Assembly: GCA_964623005.1 (NCBI GenBank)
Contig: CAZURL010000001.1
Coordinates: 1 to 39,234, forward strand
Direction of reading: 5' to 3'
Origin: an uncultured Spirochaetaceae bacterium
Lineage (GTDB): Bacteria; Spirochaetota; Spirochaetia; Sphaerochaetales; Sphaerochaetaceae
Length of the DNA stretch: 39,234 bases
The notes below the pieces were generated by a model. That model saw nothing but the letters and a program-made list of their open reading frames with translations, did not search any database and was not told the DNA's origin. This document shows positions 6,988-14,035 of the stretch, in pieces (within the stretch, counting starts at the first letter, position 1; each line of letters opens with the position of its first letter). Both the position numbers and the translations under genes were made by a program.

Positions 6988-8504
6988 TCTTCCTTTACCC
7001 CCGCCATCAGCACTCCGAGTCTAGAGCGTGTCGCTTCATCATGGTTAAGAACCTTCATTATCGCTCCTTTATAGATGACTGCGATTCTGTCAGAGAGATT
7101 CATGATCTCATCAAGTTCTTCGGAGATCAGAAGAACGCCAATGCCTTCGCGTCTGATTGAAAGAAGCTGCTGATGTATGAACTCGACAGCTCCCAGATCG
7201 AGGCCTCTTGTTGGATAGACTGCAATAAGGAATTTTGGTTTTCGTTCAATCTCACGCGCAAGTATTACTTTCTGTATATTTCCGCCTGAGAGAGAGCCTG
7301 CGGCCGTGTTGATTCCTGGACAGCGAACATCGAAATCCTTTATGAGCTTTTCTGCACATTCATCAACCTTTTTTGCATTGATGATCGAGCAGGAAGAAAA
7401 TTCCGTTTCAGAGACATCTTTCAATATAATGTTCTCGCGGATTGAGAACGAAGGGACAATGCCTTCGGTATTTCTTTCTTCGGGGATGTATCCCATGCCC
7501 TCATCGATGACAGCGCGCGGCGAAAAATTCTGGATTTCCTTTCCAAAGAAGGAAATTGTACCGGATTCAACCTTCCTAAGACCATTGATCGCTTCCGCAA
7601 GCTCCCTCTGCCCATTGCCCGATACACCAGCAATACCGACAATCTCACCAGCCTTTATATCAAGAGAAAGATGGTTCAGCGCAGGGATCTTCCTATCGGA
7701 CATTACGACAAGATCCTTCATCGAGAGCACTACATTACCTGTCTCAACCTTCTCGTTATTAGTCGGAAGCGTTACGCTATGCCCTGTCATCATTGATGCA
7801 ATATCCTGAGAAGAATGCTCCTCGGTGTTTCCAGAGAAAACCACCTTACCATGCCTGAGAATAGAGACTTTGTTCGAAAGTGCCTTTACTTCCTGGAGCT
7901 TATGGGAGATGAAGATAATCGAAAGCTCGTTTGTCATCTTCTTCAGAAGATCGATAAGCTCGTCTGTCTCTTGTGGCGTAAGAGCGCTTGTAGGCTCGTC
8001 GAGAATCAAGAACTTAGCTCCCAGACACAGAGTCTTGACAAGTTCTACCCTCTGCTGCTCTCCGACTGAAAGCTGCCAGATATACGCTTCCGGATTTACC
8101 GCTAGCCCATATTTCTCCGAGATTTCAACTATCCGCTTCCGTACATCGGATAATGATAGCCTGAACGGTTTCCACGCTTGCTTATAGCCTAGGGCGATGT
8201 TCTCCGTTACTGTCATGTTCTGCACTAACATATAGTGCTGATGAACCATTCCCAGTCCTGCCTTGAACGCATCCTCAGGGCCACGGAAATTTACCTCATT
8301 GCCATTGATTACGATTCTCCCTTCGTCTGGCTGGTAAAGGCCCATGAGGATGTTCATCAGCGTTGTCTTTCCAGCGCCATTCTCCCCTACAAGGGCAAGA
8401 ACTTCGCCTTCCCCGACTGCAATAGAGATATCATCAGAAGCAAGAACGCCAGGAAAACGCTTTGTGATATGCTCCATTCTCAGTTCGGTGATCTTTTCTT
8501 CCAT
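6984..8504 (-). CDS. ABC transporter ATP-binding protein, duplicated ATPase domains
   Basis: Walker A GENGAGKTT, signature LSVGEQQR, Walker B LILDEPT. The second half has LSGGNIQK. This architecture is typical of sugar/nucleoside importers. Confidence 0.9.
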   Translation of the reverse strand: MEEKITELRMEHITKRFPGVLASDDISIAVGEGEVLALVGENGAGKTTLMNILMGLYQPDEGRIVINGNEVNFRGPEDAFKAGLGMVHQHYMLVQNMTVTENIALGYKQAWKPFRLSLSDVRKRIVEISEKYGLAVNPEAYIWQLSVGEQQRVELVKTLCLGAKFLILDEPTSALTPQETDELIDLLKKMTNELSIIFISHKLQEVKALSNKVSILRHGKVVFSGNTEEHSSQDIASMMTGHSVTLPTNNEKVETGNVVLSMKDLVVMSDRKIPALNHLSLDIKAGEIVGIAGVSGNGQRELAEAINGLRKVESGTISFFGKEIQNFSPRAVIDEGMGYIPEERNTEGIVPSFSIRENIILKDVSETEFSSCSIINAKKVDECAEKLIKDFDVRCPGINTAAGSLSGGNIQKVILAREIERKPKFLIAVYPTRGLDLGAVEFIHQQLLSIRREGIGVLLISEELDEIMNLSDRIAVIYKGAIMKVLNHDEATRSRLGVLMAGVKEE

Positions 8505-8520
8505 CAATCAAAACCGCCTA

Positions 8521-8550
8521 AAAAATATAGGCAGAGCGCATAGCCCTGCC
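8521..8550 (-). terminator. intra-operon hairpin after SBP gene (possible partial terminator)
   Basis: Minus strand GGCAG-11 nt-CTGCC followed by TATATTTTT, lying between the SBP stop and the ATPase start. Confidence 0.3.
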
Positions 8551-8564
8551 CAAGTCATCAAGAA

Positions 8565-9596
8565 TCAGAGAGTCGAATAATCGACGCTCGCCCAGTCAGA
8601 TAGAACGCCGGCAGAAGCTTTGAACGCTGCAATCTGTTCATCAACTTTTGCCCTAAGCTCATCAGAAACCCACGCTCCCTCAAGAGCTGGATTATATTCG
8701 AAAATGAATCCACCGTTATTGAAGTTCATCGGAATGCATTCGCCGCCCTTTACGCCAGACTCCAGCTTTTCGACAAGTTCAACAATAACAGCAGCATAGT
8801 TATAGGAAGATGCTGCGATACACTTAGCCTGACCTTCAACAGTCGTAAGCTGGGCAAGATCCTGTCCAAGCCACATTGCTGTCGGGCTTTCTGCTGTAGC
8901 TCTGAGGGCGCCGATTGCCTGCTGAGAGGATCCCGTCATGATATCAGCACCATTGGCAAGCTGAGACGTCGCAACTTCAGAAGCCTTTACATAATCAGAG
9001 AATGAACCAGTATGTGCAACGAGGATCTTGCAATCTGGGTTCACGGACTGCACACCAAGCACGAAGCCGCGGTTGTAGCGGGCTGAATCACCAGAATCAA
9101 CAGGGCCGACAAGACCTACGATATCAGTCTCTGTAAGTGTTCCTGCAATGATACCATTGATGTATCCCGTCTCCTCGGATTCCGGCATGTATGTAAATAC
9201 ATTCTCAGGCCCGATCTCAGAAGATGTTCCGAACGCAAACGATACATTTGGATATTCCTCAGCCATCTCAAGAATCGTGTTCTTATACTGAGCGCCATGA
9301 GCGATAATGAGGTCATATCCTTCGGCAACATACTGTCTGGCCATGGAACCTGCATCAACGACAGCCATCTTCTCGGAATAATTGTACTCAATCTTTCCAG
9401 GAAGCATCTCCATTGCCTGCATAATGCCATCATGCATAGCTTGACACCAGCCTTTATCATCGATTGTATTTTCAATGATAAGTGCTATCTTAATCGTGCC
9501 ATCGGAAGAACCGGATGAAGTACTCTCGCCAGATCCGGAGGCGAAAACCGACATGGCCATGATCATAACCATGAGGATGGTCAACAGTTTCTTCAT
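8565..9596 (-). CDS. BMP family (PnrA/Med-like) ABC substrate-binding protein
   Basis: Signal peptide MKKLLTILMVMIMAMSVFASGSG (no Cys) with AAGGAG upstream of the ATG at 9596. Body resembles basic-membrane-protein/purine-nucleoside receptor family proteins. Confidence 0.88.
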   Translation of the reverse strand: MKKLLTILMVMIMAMSVFASGSGESTSSGSSDGTIKIALIIENTIDDKGWCQAMHDGIMQAMEMLPGKIEYNYSEKMAVVDAGSMARQYVAEGYDLIIAHGAQYKNTILEMAEEYPNVSFAFGTSSEIGPENVFTYMPESEETGYINGIIAGTLTETDIVGLVGPVDSGDSARYNRGFVLGVQSVNPDCKILVAHTGSFSDYVKASEVATSQLANGADIMTGSSQQAIGALRATAESPTAMWLGQDLAQLTTVEGQAKCIAASSYNYAAVIVELVEKLESGVKGGECIPMNFNNGGFIFEYNPALEGAWVSDELRAKVDEQIAAFKASAGVLSDWASVDYSTL

Positions 9597-9624
9597 AAAA
9601 CTTCTCCTTATGTTTGACTCTTTA

Positions 9625-9653
9625 AGTATCAAGTAATGAATGTTCTTTGTCAA
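9625..9653 (-). promoter_or_regulatory. sigma70-type promoter of nucleoside ABC operon
   Basis: Minus strand TTGACA-17 nt-GATACT, about 30 nt upstream of the SBP ATG. Confidence 0.4.
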
Positions 9654-9823
9654 AGAAAATACAGAATGGATTTAGAAAAATAATCTTGATTTTTATTCGA
9701 AGTAATTATCTATCAATTCTAAAGTAGCTTTTCAATTATTACAAAATATATTCAATCATGCATTTCTTTTTTCCTTTATTCACAAAGATTTTTTCTGCTT
9801 TATAATCAGAAATGGAGGAATCG

Positions 9824-10216
9824 ATGAACGAAATACTTGAATTTCTGAAGAAAGCAGGAACCTATTATCTAGCGACCGATGAAAATGGCCAGCCTCGGGT
9901 AAGGCCATTCGGTACAATACATGAGTTTGAAAACCGCCTCTATATACAGACAGGAAAGAAAAAGGCTGTCTCAAAGCAGCTTCATAAGAATCCGAGGCTT
10001 GAGATCTGCGCATTTTTAGATGGTACTTGGCTAAGAATCGAAGCCAAAGCCGTTGAGGATGACCGAAGAGAAGCCCGGATTTCGATGCTTGAGGCATATC
10101 CAGAGCTTAAAAATATGTATGATGCTGATGACGGCAATACCGAAGTCTTCTATCTTGATGAAGGTATAGCTACGTTTTCTTCATTCACTGCACCGGAGAG
10201 AAAAGTAGAATTCTGA
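9824..10216 (+). CDS. pyridoxamine 5'-phosphate oxidase-fold (FMN-binding split-barrel) family protein
   Basis: MNEILEFLKKAGTYYLATDENGQPRVRPFG...LYIQTGKKK...EICAF pattern typical of small PNPOx-like proteins. GGAGGA lies 4 nt before the ATG at 9824; the track start at 9812 is an alternative. Confidence 0.75.
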   Translation: MNEILEFLKKAGTYYLATDENGQPRVRPFGTIHEFENRLYIQTGKKKAVSKQLHKNPRLEICAFLDGTWLRIEAKAVEDDRREARISMLEAYPELKNMYDADDGNTEVFYLDEGIATFSSFTAPERKVEF

Positions 10217-11481
10217 TGGATGTAAGGATAGAAAGTTTAAGTATCGATGGATTTAAAAACGTAAGGCACGGTTCATTCACGATGCCAGAGGCCCTTTATG
10301 GCAGATCCTCTTCTGATATCCTAGCAATCTTCGGACAGAACGGTTCTGGGAAAAGCACCGCAATCGAAGCGTTAGCTACTCTTTATTACATTCTCTCAGC
10401 ACGTGCGCTTTCAGGAAGGATCAGAGAACTTGTCAATGTTGATAAAACAGAAGCTGAACTTTCTATCTCATTCATTCTTGAAGGAAGAAAACACCTTCGG
10501 GTTCGCTATACAGTAAGAATCGGCGGCAGTGAATCGGTCTCTATTCTCTCAGAGCGGATCACAGTAGCAGAAAGCGGAGAACGCTCTTCAACCGTTTTCT
10601 GGGATGAAAAAGGAAGAATCTATGGCAAGCCTCGTCAATTGAAGAAAGAGGAAGCTGAGAGTGCGATTGCAGATGCAAAGAAGAAAAAGATCTCGGTGTT
10701 TTTCTCAAATAATTGCTTTACCCATTCTATTGATAATAAATTGGTAAAAAAAGCAATTGATGAAATAAGCGCTTATGCGAAGACTTCATTCATTGTCATC
10801 AACCCAAGAAATCGCAAATATGATAAAGATATCCTCCATATAAGCTATCTAAGGATGTCTGGCAGAAGGAAGATCAAGGGACGTCTTGATATCAATCTAG
10901 CCTCCCCTTTCAGTCTGAAACGGGAGGAAGAAGCGAATCTACTCGATACAATTGAAAATATAAATACGGTGCTTCTTACCTTGATTCCTGATATGAAAAT
11001 CAGTATTTCAAAGCTTGAAGATGGAAGCATAGAGCTTTTCTCGGACAAGAATGGCCTCCCGATACCACTTCGCTCTGAATCGGAGGGAATCATAAAACTT
11101 ATTTCCATTATCTCTGTTCTGATATTCGTCTACAACGAAAGAGGCTCTGCTCTTATTATCGATGAGCTTGATGCTTCAATCTACGAATACTTACTCGGAG
11201 AAATAATGGAAGTATTCAGAAATGGAGCTGCTGGACAGCTTATTTTCACAAGCCATAACCTTCGTATTCTTGAGATGATCGACAAGCGCTCCCTGATTTT
11301 CTCAACCAATAACCCCGATCAGAAGTATGTAAGGCTTCCTGATTCCATTCCTGATACCACGAACCTTCGGAACTACTATCTTCGAACTGTCTTGCTTGCT
11401 GATGATGAATCATCGCTCTCATCAGGAACAGATCCCCATGATATAGCAAGAGCGCTTAGAAAGGCGTGGCGCCATGAATAA
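10216..11481 (+). CDS. ABC/SMC-type P-loop ATPase (AAA_15/AAA_21-like; AriA/AbiLi/RloA-like)
   Basis: N-terminal IESLSIDGFKN...IFGQNGSGKST (Walker A, nt 10333-10359). Signature-like SESEG. Walker B LIIDELD (nt 11152-11172). H-loop FTSHN. No transmembrane partner gene. The start overlaps the PNPOx stop (TGATG). Confidence 0.85.
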   Translation: MDVRIESLSIDGFKNVRHGSFTMPEALYGRSSSDILAIFGQNGSGKSTAIEALATLYYILSARALSGRIRELVNVDKTEAELSISFILEGRKHLRVRYTVRIGGSESVSILSERITVAESGERSSTVFWDEKGRIYGKPRQLKKEEAESAIADAKKKKISVFFSNNCFTHSIDNKLVKKAIDEISAYAKTSFIVINPRNRKYDKDILHISYLRMSGRRKIKGRLDINLASPFSLKREEEANLLDTIENINTVLLTLIPDMKISISKLEDGSIELFSDKNGLPIPLRSESEGIIKLISIISVLIFVYNERGSALIIDELDASIYEYLLGEIMEVFRNGAAGQLIFTSHNLRILEMIDKRSLIFSTNNPDQKYVRLPDSIPDTTNLRNYYLRTVLLADDESSLSSGTDPHDIARALRKAWRHE

Positions 11482-12163
11482 GCTTGTGATTTTCATAACC
11501 GAAGGAAAAAGCGAAGAGAATGCTTTATATACGCTTATGCGAAGCTATTTTCGCCCAGATAAGGTCGTCTTCCATATTTATCATGGCGATCTGCTTATAA
11601 AGCGATATAGAAAAGGTGGAGTTGTATCAGAGATAAATGAAATTGTTGCGTATGAATGCAGAAAATATGGGTTGACTACGGATGATATCAAAAGGGTAAT
11701 ACATATTGCGGATACCGATGGCTTGTTCATTCCAGATACGGCAGTGAAATTTGATGAGAAGGCTCAAAAAGCAAAGTATACGGCAAATGCAATCTATACG
11801 AATAATCCCGATTCGATTCTACAGCGCAACAAAAGACGGCGTTTGAACATCAAGCAGCTAATAATCACAACAAAGATCCAAGATGGAATCCCTTATCATA
11901 TCTTTTATCTTTCAAGGAATATCGAACACGCGCTCTATGGGCTTGAAGGGCATGTGAATGATAATAGGAAAACAGATCTTGCATATAAATTCTCTGATCG
12001 ATTCGGTTATGATTGGAAAGCATTTATAAGCTATATTGAAACAGAAGAAATCACATTAGGAAACAATTTCGAAGAATCATGGAAACTAATAAAAAATGAT
12101 ACCGAAAGTTTGTGTAGACATAGCAATATTCTTTATTTATTCAATGAATCTTCTGAGATTTGA
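11474..12163 (+). CDS. Toprim-like putative nuclease partner (RloB/DUF4435-like)
   Basis: N-terminal VIFITEGKSEE (conserved Glu, nt 11501-11503), IHIADTDG (DxD, nt 11711-11719) and a distal LSRNIEHALYG motif. 8-nt overlap (ATGAATAA) with the ATPase gene. Family assigned by motif pattern only. Confidence 0.7.
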   Translation: MNKLVIFITEGKSEENALYTLMRSYFRPDKVVFHIYHGDLLIKRYRKGGVVSEINEIVAYECRKYGLTTDDIKRVIHIADTDGLFIPDTAVKFDEKAQKAKYTANAIYTNNPDSILQRNKRRRLNIKQLIITTKIQDGIPYHIFYLSRNIEHALYGLEGHVNDNRKTDLAYKFSDRFGYDWKAFISYIETEEITLGNNFEESWKLIKNDTESLCRHSNILYLFNESSEI

Positions 12164-12300
12164 TGTTAATTTAATATAATTTTACTATTTTAATCATAAA
12201 AGCCTCTTCCTTGAGAGAAAATAAAGTAAATATTTTATATAATTTTAAATTATTATTCTGATTTCAGTATTTTATATTAATTTTATAATTTAACTCGATT
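12164..12300. repeat. AT-rich tract with imperfect direct repeats
   Basis: TATTTTATATAATTTTAAATT (12231-12251), TATTTTATATTAATTTTATAATT (12268-12290) and a related TAATTTAATATAATTTTAC (12167-12185). Confidence 0.4.
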
Positions 12301-12305
12301 AGCTG

Positions 12306-12334
12306 TTTACAAAACAAATTCAAATGCGCATAAT
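12306..12334 (+). promoter_or_regulatory. promoter of tRNA-Val
   Basis: TTTACA-17 nt-CATAAT, ending 12 nt before the mature tRNA 5' end. Confidence 0.4.
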
Positions 12335-12346
12335 AGCAAAAGATTT

Positions 12347-12418
12347 GGGCGCGTAGCTCAGCGGGAGAGCATTACCTTCACACGGTAGGGGTCGTTGGTT
12401 CAATCCCAATCGCGCCCA
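12347..12418 (+). tRNA. tRNA-Val (anticodon CAC)
   Basis: Hand-folded cloverleaf: GGGCGCG/CGCGCCC acceptor, GCTC/GAGC D stem, anticodon loop TTCACAC, T loop TTCAATC, discriminator A. CCA is not encoded. Confidence 0.9.
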
Positions 12419-12422
12419 TTAG

Positions 12423-12450
12423 AGAGCGGTTATTGCCGCTCTTTTGTTTT
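12423..12450. terminator. intrinsic terminator between tRNA-Val and convergent oxidoreductase gene
   Basis: AGAGCGG-ttattg-CCGCTCT followed by TTTGTTTT. Confidence 0.6.
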
Positions 12451-12458
12451 AAGCGTTA

Positions 12459-13982
12459 TCAGCTGAAATAATCACCAATGAGTCGTAGAGCGGCTTCCGT
12501 TCCGTCAATCGCAGCAGAAACAATACCACCAGCATAGCCAGCTCCTTCACCAGCGGGATATAATCCCCTGCCCTGCTTCATTCCTTCATCTCGTATGATC
12601 CGGATTGGAGATGAGGTTCTTGTCTCAGGGGCAATAAGAACGGCATCGTGAGTTATGAATTTAGAGCGTGACATACGTCCAAATGCCTTTAATCCTTCCC
12701 TCAGCGACGAAGAAATAACCGGGGGAAGAACATCGTCGATACGAACACTTCTCAGTCCTGGATGATATGTTGTCCGAGGAAGATCAGAAGAGATTTTGTT
12801 ATCAATAAAGTCTGTCAGACGTTGTGCAGGGGCAACAAAGCGATCAGAAAAACATCGTCTCTCTATATCTTCGATATATCGAAGCATCGAGAATGGATCA
12901 TCGTTTGCCACTTCTTCTTTTCTGAGTTCAACAACAATGCCGCTGTTTGCAAAGACACCAGCTCTGCTATGTGGAGACATCCCATTTACAACCAGATGTC
13001 CTTCCTCGCTTGATGCAGGAACAACAGAACCTCCGGGACACATGCAGAATGAATATACCCCACGGCCATTGACCTGCGTGACAAATGAATACGTTGCAGG
13101 AGGGAGAAAAGGACTTCGCTTTCCCTCTGTATGATACTGCATCGAATCTATCAGTGCTTGCTTATGCTCAAGGCGTACACCAACAGCTGTGCTCTTTGCT
13201 TCGAGAATATATCCTGAATCAGAGAGAAAATAATAAACATCTTTTGCGCTATGTCCTGTAGCAAGAATTACAGGAGCGATGATTTCTTCCCCTGTAGAAA
13301 GTCTTACGCCAATAGTTGCAGATCCACTCTTAACCAGTCCCGTAACACGAGAAGAAAATCTAACTTCGCCGCCATGGGAGATGATCTCATTTCGCATAGA
13401 TTCAACGATACGGAGAAGCTTATCAGATCCAATATGTGGATGTGCTTCATAGAGAATGCTCTCATCAGCCCCGAACTGAACAAAGAGACGTAGGATTCTC
13501 CCTACGTCGCCACGTTTTGAGGAGCGCGTGTAAAGCTTTCCATCAGAGAATGTACCGGCACCACCCTCTCCGAATGCGAAGTTCGATTCCGGGTTCAAAA
13601 TGCCTTTCTGGGAAAGAAGCGCTGTATCACGAAGACGAGAATGAACGTCCTTTCCTCTTTCGAGGACAATCGGCGCGACTCCATTCTCAAGAAGCGTTAG
13701 AGCCGCAAATAATCCAGCAGGCCCCGAACCAACGACAATAGCTTTTCCTTTCAGCCCAGGTAAAAGTTCTATTTTCTTAAAAGAAGGAATCGTCTCATCA
13801 CCTGTATATAGTCTGACTTTAAGAGAATACATTACATTCGAGCGACGAGCATCGAGGCTTTTTCTGAGAATTGTCATCCCACTTATTTCTTTAAGACCAG
13901 CTTTTTTCATTGCAGAACGCTTTATCATTAAATTATCAGCTGCTTCTTCTGGTCTTATCGTGATGTCTACTTCACGGCTCAT
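12459..13982 (-). CDS. FAD-dependent oxidoreductase (COG2509-like)
   Basis: Dinucleotide-binding motif VVGSGPAGLFAA after an approximately 80-aa N-terminal domain. FGEGGAGTFSDGKL and a C-terminal PAGEGAGYAGGI are characteristic of this family. Confidence 0.85.
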   Translation of the reverse strand: MSREVDITIRPEEAADNLMIKRSAMKKAGLKEISGMTILRKSLDARRSNVMYSLKVRLYTGDETIPSFKKIELLPGLKGKAIVVGSGPAGLFAALTLLENGVAPIVLERGKDVHSRLRDTALLSQKGILNPESNFAFGEGGAGTFSDGKLYTRSSKRGDVGRILRLFVQFGADESILYEAHPHIGSDKLLRIVESMRNEIISHGGEVRFSSRVTGLVKSGSATIGVRLSTGEEIIAPVILATGHSAKDVYYFLSDSGYILEAKSTAVGVRLEHKQALIDSMQYHTEGKRSPFLPPATYSFVTQVNGRGVYSFCMCPGGSVVPASSEEGHLVVNGMSPHSRAGVFANSGIVVELRKEEVANDDPFSMLRYIEDIERRCFSDRFVAPAQRLTDFIDNKISSDLPRTTYHPGLRSVRIDDVLPPVISSSLREGLKAFGRMSRSKFITHDAVLIAPETRTSSPIRIIRDEGMKQGRGLYPAGEGAGYAGGIVSAAIDGTEAALRLIGDYFS

Positions 13983-14035
13983 GAGAATATTCTAAGGTCT
14001 GTTCAATTCTTATTGCAAGATTGTACAATCCAAGC

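Noticed and set aside
9778-9806. TTCACA-16 nt-TATAAT as the promoter of the PNPOx-ATPase-Toprim unit.
   Set aside because: The -10 element ends only about 7 nt before the GGAGGA RBS, so the predicted transcript would start inside or at the RBS. That is not convincing without start-site mapping.
12164-12300. A possible CRISPR array or att-site duplication in the AT-rich repeats.
   Set aside because: The repeats are short, imperfect, purely A/T and irregularly spaced, with no unique spacers. No copy of the tRNA-Val 3' end is found elsewhere in the window, and no integrase is present.
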